Source: Eledone cirrhosa
Taxonomy: Eukaryota
Assembly: GCA_964016885.1 (NCBI GenBank)
Contig: OZ024745.1
Span: 112,654,001-112,718,000 of the forward strand
DNA length: 64,000 nt
Direction: 5' to 3'
The translations under genes and the position numbers were made by a program. Each line of letters starts with the position of its first letter. Positions within the stretch are counted from its first letter, which is position 1. Of this stretch, positions 50,096 to 64,000 are shown one piece after another. Below the pieces are notes generated by a model, which worked only from the letters and a program-made list of their open reading frames with translations, was not told the origin of the DNA and ran no database searches.

Positions 50096-51443
50096 CACGT
50101 TGCGGTAGATCGACCTGCTACAAATAATAGCCAAATTTCCTTCAAATCACACTTTACCATCTTAAAAAAAGGAAGAAACAACATTGTCTGAAAATAAGAT
50201 GTGTTGGTCATAGCTGGAATGCTTGGTCAGAGCTGATCTTATGCTAAGTAACATCAATATAATTAGTCTGTCTCGAGCCCGGGGGCTCATCAGGATAGAG
50301 CTTGTCCCGGTTTTCGTGGCGTTAAGCGACTGAGAGTACAATACTTCACCTGAACATGGCGCCAACCCATTGCAGGGTTAAACCTGCTGGTACTCATTTT
50401 TAGCTGAGTATACTGGAGCAACGTGAATAAAGTGTTTTGCTCAAGAACACAACACACAACTCAGTCCAGGAATTGAACCCACGACATCAGGATCGTAAGT
50501 CCAACACACTTATCACTGGCCTCGCGCCTCCATATAACAGCAGCGTATATCAGATCAAACTTGACCTGAAAAAAATTGAGTCAATATCTGAGAAAATCTA
50601 TTTCGAGTCATCAGATATTGTTTGATCGTATGTTTTAAATACATGACTAGGAATAATTATTTTTGCTGAATTGATATTATATTCTCTGTTGTAATCGACA
50701 CACGCAAGCATGCACACCATTGAATATATATAGTCATATATACATATGTATATATGTACACGCATGTGTGTATGTTAAGTCTTCTTGCTTGGAGGCAGTG
50801 TACAACTTTTTAAACGGGTAAGTTATTTAGTAATATATTTATTGCAAAAGGAGACTAAGTTACATGGAACTTTTGGTATGTTCAATAAAGCCAATCTCAT
50901 ATATATATATATATATCTGAGGAGGACGTGTTTTCTTTATGTTATACATAAACTTTACACCTTCGAAATATATATAATGAAATAGAGATGATATAAAGTA
51001 TATATCTTTCGTTTATTACCATTATTATTATTATATATGTGTGTGTGTATAGAAACTTCATTAAGGTGAATAGAATTATATATATATATATAATGTATAT
51101 TCATGGAAGCGAAATTCCTTCATTCTATGTAAATAAATTTAGGTGGAAACTACTATTATTTGACGTCTTTAATATGTGGTTGGGAAATTTTTCAACAACG
51201 GAAACGTTGAAAGGACGAGTGTTAAACAGCATCGAGTTTATCTCTCAGCTCTTCTGGGCAATAATGTAGAATCAATATTGATCTTTCCTATTTAGAAAAC
51301 TACTATTATTTGCACTGTCAGAATCGTTTGGGTGTGTTGAGACCATGGCGATTGTTTGACAGAGTGGTGACGGACAAAATATCTTGTAAATATAACATAA
51401 CAAATTGTTCACAATTCTTTCAGAATGAAAATATAAATACATA

Positions 51444-51604
51444 TAATTGTTTCTATATTTGGCACAGGGCCAGCAATTATCCCAGTGCATTACCCCGTAA
51501 GGATGAAAGGCAAAGTTAACCTCGGCAGGATTTGAACTCAGATCATAAAGGGAGGTAACTCTATGCTTCAAAGCATGGCGTCCGACCTTTACCGATACTG
51601 CCAA
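51444..51604 (-). mobile_element. SINE family A with internal deletion
   Basis: Reverse complement of consensus, part of core missing. Confidence 0.8.
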
Positions 51605-53547
51605 TAGATACTAATATAGAGAGGGAGAGAGAGAGGAAATGATAAAGAATGATATAGAGATTGAGGAATGGTAAAAGAAGTAAAACACAAAATCTGGAGT
51701 GGGGCGGGAAGAGGAGAAACAAACGATTGTTACATAAAATATTAAAGGAGAATGGAAAACTTATGTGTATATATAGAGTGTCCCGAAAAATGTATACACC
51801 ATTCTAATAAATATTGCTGTACAAGTAATCAAAGTATGTATACATTTTGGGGGGACACCATGTATATGTGTGTATGTGCATACATTTTTACTTTTGAAAA
51901 GTAATAAAATTATTTCCTTCAATCCCCTCTACTTAATAAGAACACCGATCTTATGACTTCTTGTGTCCATAGATCCTTCAAAACTCATCGAAAACTCATT
52001 ACTTTTCAACTATCTGATTACCATTCAACCTCCTAAGTTTCCCGCTATTACTCTGCTATATTTGTCGAGATACACGCTTTTCTTTAAACCAACATTTCTT
52101 TAGCAGTTATTCATTGTTTAAATATTCTGCATTTATATTTTTGTTTTTATCTATACGTGTATTTGCTTTCTGCTCACTCCCACCAGTCTCTGTGCTTATC
52201 GTACTCATTTCTGTTTTGAACAATTGTGTAAAGATGTATTCAGATTAGGCTGGTATATAAGCATGTCTGTTCTGTGTTTATTTAGTTTACTTCCGTTCCT
52301 GTTTGCGTTCCTGTTTACACCGTATATATATTTTCATACAGTTTTCTCTACACATTTACAAGACTTTATCTATTTGTACTTTATTTGTTTATACGAGAAG
52401 ATCTATGTTATGTTTATGCATGTTTAAATTATCCTCTTCGTCACATATTGTTCGACTTAAATATCATACATTTCATTTTATTGGTATTTGTCCTCGCTAT
52501 ATAATTTCACGTAAATTTTGTTTTGTTTTCGTCTTATAGAATACTCTGGGACAGTATTTAATTATCCTGTTAGACACTGTAATCCCCGGTGGATCTCTCG
52601 GCGTAACCAAATAGCTAGTGTAAACTTTTCATGTTTCTTAACACAAATTATAATTAAATATCAATTTCTAATTTATGCAAAAAGCCAGGAAAATTTAGAG
52701 GAAGAACAAAGTTGATTAAATCAACCCAGTATTTGACTGGTATTATAGTATATCGACTCGGGAAGCATGCCCAAGAAAGTTGACCTCGCTGGGCTTTGAA
52801 CTGAGAATGTAAAGAGCCAGAACACAAACTACAATGGTGTTTTATTCGACGTTCTACCAAGTCTGCCAATCCACATATAAGAAAATAATAATGGAATGGT
52901 CAGTAGCTTCACTAAATCTAAAATTGTATCTGGCTAGATCCTCGTATCTTTGAGACATCTATGACTTCTACAAAGCTTCTCCAACACAATAAGTCTATGT
53001 AGCCTTCCATTTGTGATACTAAACACTGGTTAGTGGTATAGTTGGTTTTCTAATCATGTCTAATCAGAATTAATTTATTTTTTAACATAATTATTTGTAA
53101 CTTAAGTACAAAACCAGCAATTTGTTGAGGGGTAGAGAAATCGATTATATCGACCCCAGTGCGTTACTAGTACTTTATTTTATTGACCTCGAAAGAATGA
53201 AAGGTAAAGTTGAACTCGGCGTGATTTCAACTCAGAATATGAATATAAATATTGCAAAGCATTTTACCAAACGCTCTAACAACTCTGCCATTCCATCGAC
53301 TTTTTTAACATATGACCAGATAATTGTTTTTGCAAAAAAAAAAAATGGTAAACAAAAACAAAAACGACCATCAATTCGCCACCAAGTGTGGAATCAGCCG
53401 CTATTTAATTATGGGTCTTTACATTCTGATTTCAAATCTTGTCGAGGTCAACTAACTCTTTCATCTTCCCAGGTATATATCGAGCAATGGCATTAGTTGG
53501 AATGAATTCCGTACAGAGTGGACCACGTAAAAGTTGCCATTCCCCGC

Positions 53548-53745
53548 CGCTCGAGCTGGGAGGGGAAGCCTGCAGCATCCAAGCCATGTTTAATGACCTC
53601 TTTGAGGGCAGCATGGCGTAGAAGGCGGCCGGCTCTGTAGCGACAGGAAATCAGGTAGAGACCGAAAGAGTCCACAGTGGATCCGCAGCGACACTGGTGT
53701 GGCTCGCAGATCCGGAGGCGAAGACTCAGGGAAACCCCTGGCATG
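53548..53745 (-). mobile_element. CRE-like element fragment
   Basis: GVSLSLRLRICEPHQCRCGSTVDSFG...RHAALKEVIKHGLDAAGFPSQLE, homologous to the ORF at 22280-23347. Confidence 0.85.
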
Positions 53746-55121
53746 TGAATATTATAAGGTCTGTACAGTTATAGCGAAAACACTTACAGAATATTTGCCT
53801 GTTATAAATAAGATATAAGTAAAAATGTATCAACACACAACACAGGAAAAGAAAGATATGTGCTAGGTTGTTTAATATACATTATATTGAACAAATCCCA
53901 CCAAGGTTGACTTTGCCTTTCATCCTTACGGGGTCGATAAAATAAAGTACCAGTAATGCACTGGGTAATTTGCTGGCCTTGTGCCTAAAGTAGAAACAAT
54001 TATATTGAACAATAACAAAATCAAAACTGATTTGGTGTTAGCAGCTGACAACCGGTGTAATGGGTAAAGTAAGCTATTAGTAAATATTCCAGAAGAATAA
54101 CAGTCATCATGTTAAGGACTCCGATGTTACATATCAACATAGCAGGTAAACATGTAATTTACATCTTCGTTATTGAATATAATCAAGTTCTTTTAAGCCT
54201 AAATAATGTTGATTTAAAAACAAACGAACAAAAAAAGAAATGTTATGTAAATCGAATCAACGACGGAAACTTTTCACCAAAGGTTCTTTACTCTGAGTAA
54301 CCATATGTTCCTGGGGTACCCATATGTTCCTGAGTACATATATGTTACTGGTTCTCTAATCTAATTTTTTATGGATTAAATGATAATATTTTTATGATTG
54401 TCTCTCCTCTTTTAATCCTGGTTATCCATTTGTAATATAAATATAACCCATTGTCATCGTTTCAAAGTCATGTCGTTATCTAATTGAACTGATGAAGATA
54501 GTGTTGGGTAATCCTTGAGGGCTCTGAAATCGTAAAAAGATAGAGAGCACTTGTTTTACTACGTCGTTCGCCCTGCTAGAAATAGCAGCTATATTTCCTC
54601 AAATCCGTCCCCATCCTTAAATAAATAAAGGTCATACCAAACAATGTAATTCTCGATATATAAAAAGACGCGATGGCTGAGGCTGCACTATTTTCGCCAG
54701 AGGTCTGCTCAACTACAACGTAATACTTTATTTAAAAAACCAATATTTATGTAGACACATAAACTTTAAAATATTTAAAAGACACGCGGGAATCAAAGCA
54801 ATGTTTCTAAACTATTGATTATATAACGTATGGTTACCCTAGCAGTATCTGATTATATAATACTGTATAAATAACATTACAAATCGTTTGCAATTCTTTC
54901 AGAGCAACTTTTAAAAAACACCAAGGCTATTGAGTCTCACCAAGGTTTTATTTATACTTAGGAATTACTTGTTAATTCCTAAGAGGTATTTCTTCTTAGT
55001 CCTTACAGATTCTCGTCATCACAACAAGGCAAAGAACAAAACCCTCTAACCCATGCTAGCGTGGAAGATGGACGTTAAACGATGATGATGATGATGATGA
55101 TATATATTATATCATCTTAAT

Positions 55122-55560
55122 CATCATCGTTTAATATACATTTTCCACACTAGCATGGATTAGACGGGATGTCCCATTTGAGGCAAGTTGGATGTCTTAC
55201 TCATATAGTACTGTTTCTGACTAGGTTTCTATGGCTGGATGCCATTCCTAATGCCAACCACATTTCCAGTGTGTGCTGGGTGCTTTTTGTTGTGACACCT
55301 ACACGACCACTTTACAGTGTGTACTGGGTGCTTTTTGTCGTGACACCTACACAACCACTTTACAATGTGGGATGGATATATTTTGTTCATTTTGTAATGG
55401 TGGTGTAGATACGAGTGAGTGGGTGGGGGTATAGTGATTAAGAGGTGCCTACTAGATGTATGTTTGAGTCTGTGTGCATGGGAAGGCATGTCTTCTGTAT
55501 TACTGCATAACGCCAAAGATCTCAATCCTGTATCATTGTCTTTGAGAGGTTCAGTTGCGC
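55122..55560 (-). mobile_element. SINE-like family B
   Basis: Reverse complement of body and tail; faces a plus-strand tail fragment at 55045-55100. Confidence 0.75.
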
Positions 55561-56537
55561 AAGGTCAGCTTTTATATATTATATAAAAGAGTTTTGATAA
55601 ATTGATAATACAACCATATAAAGGCAAAGAATATATCAAAGCTCAATGTGATTTTATAGTCCACAACAAGTTAGCTAAGAGACAGTTCAGAGTTTAATCC
55701 AATCAGTAAATTTTCAAATAGTAGTTTTACAATATCACAGAGCATATATATAAATGAATAAAAAATAACCAAGATTTTAATTAAATGATTTAATTGATTG
55801 ACAAACATTTCAATTAAAACAACGGAAATATTCATTCCTGCTATATTAATCTTTTGAGAATCTATTAAATAACATTAATATTTACCAACACATGTCCATA
55901 AGACAATCACTGAAGTTCGAAAAGGTAAACAAATTCAAATAGTGTTGGGAAAATGTTAAAGTTTTAAGGAAGCCTAAATACATAATTAAAAATCTATTAG
56001 TAATAAAGATCTAAATTCAGTAACTAAAGATATTATACTAAGCTGTTACACATTGATACACTGCTCACCAAATTAAAGTTATAGGTATATAGTTAGAGCA
56101 TATATGCTTGATAATATTTAGAGCTGGGAGGACCCCTCTGTCGCATCAAGGTGTGACAGCCTCCCAAGTGTTTGGTGATCTACACGATAGATGCACCCAG
56201 TACATGCTGTAAAGTGGTTGGTGATAGGAAGGCCATCCAGCTGTAGAGAGCTTGCCAAACAAAGGGTCAGGAGGACCCTTCAGTCATGTCAAGGTCAGCT
56301 TGAAAATTCCTTTATTGATTCAGTAAAAAATGTTACTAATGAGCGACAACAAATAAAAGGTTAAATGTTTTTTATATTTTTATATCATTATATTCTGTAC
56401 TGGGTAATTGCTGGCCTTGTGCCTAAAGTAGAAACAATTATATTCTGTATCTTTTTATATCATTTCTTTATCTTTTTATCTCCCTATATTCTTTCTTTAT
56501 CACTTTCTATGTTTAATACAATTATTTTCCTTTTAAG

Positions 56538-56610
56538 GAATAACATTTCGAAGAATGTCAACTAAACGCACATTAGCCAAAAAGTACTATGGTTGTGAAA
56601 AAAATGTCTG
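56538..56610 (+). CDS. KYAT3: Kynurenine aminotransferase (KYAT1/KYAT3 type), exon containing ATG at 56555
   Basis: ttttaag|GA acceptor, TG|gtaagt donor; MSTKRTLAKKYYGCEKNV(W), phase 2 joins the next exon. KYAT1 and KYAT3 cannot be distinguished here. Confidence 0.8.
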
Positions 56611-56984
56611 GTAAGTTTTATTTTTTATTTATTATTTTATTCATTTCAGTCATTAGACTTCAGCCATTTGGGGGAACCACCTGGATTTAGTCAACCATAT
56701 TGGCACCACTACCTATTTTATCTTTTTGGTTGAACTGTTGAGTTATTAGACATAGGCACATACATAAACATTGACATGAACACACGCACACACACACACA
56801 CTCACATACGATAGGCTCCTGCAGATTCTGTCAACCAAATTCCACACACAGGACATTGATCAACTTGAGGCTATAATAGAAGACATTTAAGCCTAAGATG
56901 GTGCTGTGTAACAGGATTGAACACAAAACCATGTGGTTGCAAAACAAACTCCTTAACCACACAACCATGTCTTAAATAATAATA

Positions 56985-57202
56985 ATGATTTCTAGTATAG
57001 GCACAAGGCCAGTAATTTGGGGGGAGGAGAAAGTCGATTAAATCAACCCCAATAGGTTGCTGGCGTTTTATTTTATCGACCCCGTAAAGATGAGAGGCAA
57101 AGTTAACCTCGGCGGGATTTGAACTCAGACCATAAAGGGCCGTAACTCTTTGCTGCAAAGCATGGCGTCCGACCCTCTACCGATACTGCCAATCCACCGC
57201 CC
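56985..57202 (-). mobile_element. SINE family A variant
   Basis: Reverse complement of consensus. Confidence 0.85.
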
Positions 57203-57234
<32 letters not shown>

Positions 57235-57689
57235 GGGGGAAACGATAACCAAAAAACAAAGACTGCCAATTACAATGACACCCATGCCACACCACTACCT
57301 CAGAAACGTTTGAAAAAAGTAACAATTTTAAAAATGATAATGATTTCACCATTAGCCACACAGGTCTTATATTAAGAAAAAATATTATCTTAAAAGTGAT
57401 CCCACCAAAAAAGAAACAAATGCATAAAATCTGGAACAGTATTGGTCTATTTAAATTAGGTGAACAAAAACTAGTGGGTCATAAGAACTAATGGATGGAT
57501 AAGCAAGTTGGAATTGGAGGAACTTCTCCCCATTTGTAGTTTGTTTTCTAATTAGAAAAAGAAATTAATTGCCAAATTAAATAGCAATTACAGATTGATT
57601 ACCGAGAAAAAGTAAACTATTTTTTTTTTCTAAATAGTGTAAAATAGAAAAATGTGAAAGGTGTATCTTATTTTATCCATCACCTTTAG

Positions 57690-58140
57690 GCGAGACAGCA
57701 AGTCCAACTTCATGTCAGCAGTTTGTTTCCCATCAAAGTTTGTAGGCTTTCCTTGTCAATTCTAGTGCCTCTTGCTATAATACCTGAACTTTCTGATAGA
57801 AGAGATTTTCCATAACAAGAGGTTTGAAACCAGCTCATCTTTTACATGGAAGCAGTGACCAGCAAACCTCATATGAGGTTCAGTCAATAGGATTTTTCTG
57901 TATATCTGATTAAATGTCAGATGGGTCTGCCATAGAATATTTTAAGCCTTTCTCAGAAGTGTAGTGCAGCATCTATCTAACGGCTCTGTAGAAAGGAGTG
58001 CAAGATCCAAGTCTCGGAACCATAGAGAAGGATATACTCTACTGTTGTTCTAATCAAGCTGATTTTAAGTTTGTTTGGTATATTGGCCTTCCAAATTTTA
58101 TTCAGCTTAAGGAATGAATTCCAGGCCAGGGCTCTTGTAG
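57690..58140 (-). mobile_element. Decayed LINE ORF2 3' fragment (RTE-like)
   Basis: ALAWNSFLKLNKIWKANI and downstream post-RT-like remnants. Confidence 0.55.
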
Positions 58141-58425
58141 AATTTGGAATGAAGACAACTCTATAACTAAACTAAAGTGGTAACAACTTACACATTAATA
58201 CTGATTTCATTTACACAAAATCAATTCTGTAGGGTTTATAGTTGATTTTATCAAGATATTCCAGCTAACCTTGAATATATGAAAAGTAAGTTTACCATAA
58301 CCATTTAACTGTACATATACTATTTATTGTTACTTTTAGTAGTAAATAACTCAATGTTTTGTGGGCAGAATAAGTAATATTCATTTTCTCCACCAATCTT
58401 TAGCAAAGTTATGTATTATGTTTGT

Positions 58426-58474
<49 letters not shown>

Positions 58475-58924
58475 AATATTGATTAGGGCAGAAATAATTA
58501 ACTGTCAATAAAAATGGAAGAGTGTCAGATTCAATACTTCGCAGTTTTTAGCTTCACCGTTCTTCTGTTCCAGACATGTCAATCCTGTCTTTTTTCATCA
58601 TCTAAAGAGCCCTTTCTTTTTTAAAACTGTAATATATGATTAGAAGGAGATTTGATGGCTATATCTAGCAAGTCAAGCAACTGCACATGATTTGATAAAA
58701 TGAGGTGACTGGTGGGGTGGGATAGATGTAGCTTATGAAATATTTGTCAGTCATGCACTGGTGTGAATTCAGTGAATAATATTCTTCTTTAGCTTGTGTC
58801 AATGTAAGTCATTATCATTTTTAAATAAATGTTTCTGTAAACTTTATTGTACTATTTTTATATCATTTATTTTGATCATATCCTCTTTACATTTAATGAC
58901 ATAAAACAAACCATGTAATTACAG

Positions 58925-58976
58925 GGTGGAAATGAGCAAATTAGCTGCAGACTATAAAGCTGTCAACCTTGGGCAG
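58925..58976 (+). CDS. KYAT3: Kynurenine aminotransferase exon
   Basis: ttacag|G ... CAG|gtaac; WVEMSKLAADYKAVNLGQ. Confidence 0.9.
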
Positions 58977-59869
58977 GTAACTAACTTAAATTATTTTCTT
59001 TTTAAAAGGAAATGAACTGATCATCAGATTGGTTGAAGAAAACTATTTCCATTGGTCTTTCCATTGCTGATACTATTTAACGGTTGTAATTCCTGGCTGA
59101 AGGAGGCAGGATTTGAGCTCAGAATGCACAGAGCCAGATCATGTACCACAAAACATCCTGTCCAATTCTTTAACAATTCCACTACACCTAGACTGGTACT
59201 TTATTTATTGACCTTGAAAATATATATAACAAGACAAAGCTGACCTCTTTGAGAATTGAAACTTGGAACACAGTGAGCTGAAACAAATGTGATTCATTTA
59301 ATCTAATTCCCTAACAACTCTGCCAAATTGGCAACTTTTTTTAAAGTTTCGCTATAATGTTATAAATTATAGATTTCATGAGACTTGATGTAAAATCAAC
59401 CTGTGTTTTTGGTAGACATAGTTGATTGAACTACTCATAGCTATTTTATAAATCCGAGAAGAAGAAAATATAAATTTTTAACTACAGAATGTTAGTATGA
59501 GCCAACGAAAAAGCATCTTGCTTAACCTGCTATATAATCTCCTTGTATCACACCCTACTATCTTGAAAAAGGGAAGGACACATTAGATAATGTAGTCTTA
59601 GATACATTGTTCCTGAAGACAAATAATAAGATGGTCATGAGTGCAATATATTTGATCAAAGGTTAACTCGGTCAGAACTTGAATGTAAAATATGAGTGGG
59701 AGAGAGGTTAGCTTCTGTTGATCTTTCCTGATGACCCCCAAAAATTTCATTTCAAAGATTGCCTTACTCATCTGAGCCAGAAAATAGTTCAGATCTACAA
59801 ACATCATAGACCACATTCAAAGTATGGCCTGCAAAATCTCACATTTCTGGTTCACAGCTGTTGAATATA

Positions 59870-60056
59870 TAATTGTTTCTACTTTAGGCACAAGGCCAGC
59901 AATTACCCAGTGCATTACTGGTACTTTATTTTATCGACCCCGTAAGGATGAAAGGCAAAGTCAACCTCGGCGGGATTTGAACTCAGATCGTAAAGGGACG
60001 TAACTATGCTGGAAAGCATGGCGTCCGACCCTCTACCGATACTGCCAATCCACCGC
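59870..60056 (-). mobile_element. SINE family A with TSD
   Basis: Near-consensus; CTGTTGAATATATAAT on both sides. Confidence 0.9.
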
Positions 60057-60608
60057 TGTTGAATATATAATGTTAACCTGCATGAAATTGTAACACAGAT
60101 GATCTGATAGAGCAATGGGATATTAAAGACATTAACCAAATGGTGATACTGGGGTGTAGAGTTCTCATGGAAGAGGAAGACATAAGAAGGATGCTGGCCC
60201 TCACAGAAAAAAGGACAAGAGACCAAGACAAGCAGACACATCCAATCTATACTTGTAAAAAAACTAGATGTTAAAATATTATTGATGATTTTCTCATTAA
60301 ATCATATGTACGCTCTTGTTTCCAACTAATAAGAGAATAAGATGGACAAAATATTACAAAAATGTACTGCTACTATGTCTTCAGCTCTTTTGAACTAGCT
60401 AGCTACACATCCACTTCACCCATGTCCATCCAAAATGCTTGTCACATCTTTTCTCATCACCCTTGCTATGTTTTACTTCCTGGATTCTGTACCAAAACAA
60501 ATTCTTTCAACTCTTTACAATCACCCAGATAATAGTACTTTAAAAAATACAGTAGACTGTATGTTATATTTGTTGAAGCTTAACTTGATTAGGGTCTATT
60601 TTATTTAT

Positions 60609-60815
60609 ATCATCATCATCATTTTACGTCCGCTTTTCCCTGCTTGCAAGGGTGGGATGGGAACTGATTCTGGCTTGATTTCTACAGCTGGATGCCCTTC
60701 CTAACACCAACCTCATTTACAGTGAGTGCTGGGTGCTTTTTTTCTGTGGCGCCTACACGTCCACTTTTCAGTGTGGGCTGGGTGCTTTTTTGCTGTGTCA
60801 CCTCCACGACCACTT
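60609..60815 (-). mobile_element. SINE-like family B
   Basis: Reverse complement of the 18060-18200 body plus (GAT)n tail. Confidence 0.8.
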
Positions 60816-61480
60816 TGCAGTGGAATGATAGGGACCCCAGTCCTATCATCTCATTTCTACAGCTGAGTAAACTGGAGCAATGTGAAATAAAGTGTCTTGC
60901 TCAAGGAAACAACACATCACAAACTGCAACTATCAAAGTATGACAATTACTAGTGGTGAGACGGAATGCTGTTGAGTTCTTGTTGACATGGTTGTATCCT
61001 TCTCAATTCTTCTTGGATTTGTGTTAGTTCAACAATCAAAGTTTTATATGTGTTAGGTGATATGTGAGCAAGACATGGTCATCTGATCTGACTTATCACA
61101 CAATGGGACAAGTTGTCTAACCTATGCTAAGCGTGGAAAAAAGGATGTGATGATGATATACAAACCACCAAGAATGATTTAATCAGCACATTTTCAAGCA
61201 CATTTAAACCTGTTCAGCTTTTGCCATCTGACAAAATTTCAAAATACTAAACATTCTAAGATAACTTTTTAATCTAACATGGTCTTTCTGGTTTTTAGTT
61301 TTGAAGAACATGAAGTAGTTTTAATTTTTATCATTTACAGACTAGCTTCACAAGAAACATTATAGATATTGACTGGGTGCTTTTTCTTGTGTCACCAGCA
61401 TCCTTACAGGATGAACTGGGTAAAATGTCAGTAATTTTATCAAATCACCATTATATTTGAAAACTCTGTTTTACTTTTAG

Positions 61481-61579
61481 GGTTTTCCAGACTTTAAACC
61501 TCCACAACATGCTATGGATGCTATGGTAGAAGCTGCTAAAACCAAGAAACATTTACTGCACCAATATGCTCGAGGATTT
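61481..61579 (+). CDS. KYAT3: Kynurenine aminotransferase exon
   Basis: cttttag|GGT ... TTT|gtaagt; GFPDFKPPQHAMDAMVEAAKTKKHLLHQYARGF. Confidence 0.92.
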
Positions 61580-61669
61580 GTAAGTAATTTTCTTTTCCAA
61601 TCTGTTGTTCCTTGGTTTTACAAGACAGAAGGAAAACTTCTACTTAATGGCAACTGATTTTTTTCTTAA

Positions 61670-61890
61670 CCCTTTAGCATTTACATTGCTCTATATTTAC
61701 TATTATATTTTCACGATAAAGGCTTTATCTCACATAATTATCTCACTTAATATCGAATCTATGAGATTTGGATATTATTTATTTTGAGAACAATACCTTA
61801 ACATCAATATGAGTGGCTGGTTACAGTCGGTTTGAACATAAAGAAGTGAAAGAATTTTGGCTGGATACAGCCGGTTTAAATGCTAAAGGG
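61670..61890. mobile_element. piggyBac-type MITE
   Basis: TTAA on both sides; 14-bp TIR CCCTTTAGCATTTA / TAAATGCTAAAGGG. Confidence 0.9.
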
Positions 61891-62975
61891 TTAAATGTCT
61901 TGGTAATTGATGAGAAGTCAATTCTAAGTTTTGACATTGAGAAGTTGATTTGTAATAACAGTAAATGCCAAATAAGTAGCATTCTGGATTATGTGGTGAA
62001 GAACTAAGGCATATGCTTGTTGTGTTCTGAATTTTGCTTAAAATCCAAACCAATCCAGAGCCTTCTCATTCCTGTTGGGGGAACCCCTCCTTGGTTAACA
62101 TCCACCGCTTTCTGTTTGGTTTTGGTCTTGTCAGGGCTGTAGCCACACTCACCACTCTTGGTTAATTGCATATAGGTTAGGCTATTTAACCCACAGTTGG
62201 GATGGATGACTGTTGACTCAGGAGGAATTCACCTGCCCTTTTAACAGCTCTTGTTTTTTGTGCTGCTAGGGTTCCACTTTTCCTCCTCACCAAACCAGGG
62301 TTTGATGGGGAACTGGTTTAGTCACTGACCACTCAACCATGAAGCAGGTTGTACTAGGTTATATGGTACCAGTAGCAGGCAGAAGCTTAACCTGACTTGT
62401 TCAAAATAGTAATGCCTAAATCCCCAAATAGCATGTCTTATAATTAAGACAGGATGACAAGACATTTAGAATTAGTGGCATTGAGGCATTTTATAACTAA
62501 TACTGCAACCACTCACTATCACCATCTACATCAAAAAAGTCTAAAGTCTGTCTTGAGCTGAAAGGCTCATCAGGCCGGTGCTTATGCTGCTTTCCATGAT
62601 GTTAAGCAACTGAGAGTACAAGACTCTCCACCTGGACAGGGCACCAGGGTTTTAAACCTCCAGCTTTTACTGGTACTCACTTTTAGCTGAGAATGGAGAA
62701 TTGTAAAATGAAGTGTTTTGCTCAAGAATACAACACACAACCCATTCCAGAAATCGAACCCACAACATTATGATTGTAATATCAAGACCCTTACCACTAG
62801 GCTACGCACTTCCACTTGGTCACTCTTAATTGTACTTTACTACTTATTGATGACATCTACTAACCTGCAACTTCCATTCCTCAGTCTGCATGCAAATGAA
62901 AAGATATCTTATATATTTGTCATTTTAAAATAAAAATATTTCCTATTTGCTTGTTTATGTATTAATAATTACTAG

Positions 62976-63125
62976 GGACATCCTCGATTGGTTGAATCAT
63001 TGTCTAAAGTATATTCTCCAATAATGGGTCATACACTGGATCCATTTAAAGAAATACTAATCACTGTTGGCGGCTATGGTGCTTTATATTGCTGCATAAA
63101 TGGCTTCATGAACCCAGGAGATGAG
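62976..63125 (+). CDS. KYAT3: Kynurenine aminotransferase exon (gene continues beyond the window)
   Basis: ttactag|GGA ... GAG|gtaagt; GHPRLVESLSKVYSPIMGHTLDPFKEILITVGGYGALYCCINGFMNPGDE. Confidence 0.92.
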
Positions 63126-63180
63126 GTAAGTCAGAATCAGTGACAAGTTTTTCTATTTATTTCACTTGATCATCATTTAA

Positions 63181-63400
63181 TCCTTCAGCATTTACATTAC
63201 TTTATATTTACTATTGTATTTTCACGGTAAACACTATTTCACATAATTATCTCACATAATATCGAATCTATGAGATTTTGATACTTATCTATTTTGAGAA
63301 CAATACCTTAACATCAGTATGAGCAGCTGGTTATAGCTGGTTTGAACAAAAAAAGGTGAGAGAATTCTGGCTGGATACAACCAGTTTAAATGCTAAAGGG
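63181..63400. mobile_element. piggyBac-type MITE, second copy
   Basis: TTAA flanks; same TIR and body as 61670-61890. Confidence 0.88.
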
Positions 63401-64000
63401 TTAAATGTCTCTTAAAAACTGTTATTATTCTAACATAGTGATATTATAGTTGTAAATAACTGAGAGATGGCAGTAAAATAGTAAATAAAGTGAATACATA
63501 GAATCTAAACTGATTGAATGTTGGAGTGATTAAGGAGGAATCAATTGAATCTTATCTGTTTGATATCTTGCGTGTGAGTTGGTCTCAGGTTGTTGACATT
63601 TGCTTGGTTGAAATCAGAGATCAGTTTTCAGAGTCCATCATGATATGGTTGACAAACTTAAGCTGCCTATTGGATATGTAATATTGGCTTATGTAAAAAG
63701 TTAGGCATAACAGAGTTGAGGAAGTAATCAAGCATTGAAGATATTGCCTAATATTTATAGAAGAAGAAAGGCTTGTTCTTGGTATGTGTTGTAAAATGAT
63801 GATGACAGTTAGTGAGAGATATGACAAATGTAGAACAAGAAAGACAGAAAAATGTCATTGGATAAGACCTGAGGTTAAGCTTCATAAATTTGATGATCAT
63901 GCTGGTGCTGGATCAAGAAATATGAAGAGATGATATATGTAGGTTTGTACTTCTCATTCTAACTTAGAAAATTGGATATTAAAACTATGATAATAATGAT

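Overview
AT-rich, repeat-dense animal genomic DNA. The SINE/LINE content suggests an octopod cephalopod (inference). Host genes: (1) the last three coding exons of the ER E3 ligase TMEM129 (+, 3809-10179); (2) two intact, intronless, head-to-head glycogen phosphorylase-family genes (26101-28584 minus; 38658-41165 plus); (3) the first four recognisable exons of a kynurenine aminotransferase, KYAT1/KYAT3 type (+, 56538-63125, continuing past the window). The rest is tRNA-derived SINEs, LINE relics (CR1, RTE, CRE-like, HERO-like, R4-like, L1/Tx1), a Penelope-like element, hAT, piggyBac and mariner MITEs, and microsatellites. Most notable: both phosphorylase copies keep the PLP lysine but carry substitutions at several normally invariant active-site positions, differ at the Ser14 regulatory site and each have CRE-type promoter motifs, so they may be a specialised or pseudoenzyme pair. 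Also notable are minimal type-I hammerhead ribozyme motifs, one duplicated inside a 442-bp spacerless palindrome, and recurrent fold-back inversions anchored at (TA)n tracts. All identifications were made by eye; no database searches were run.
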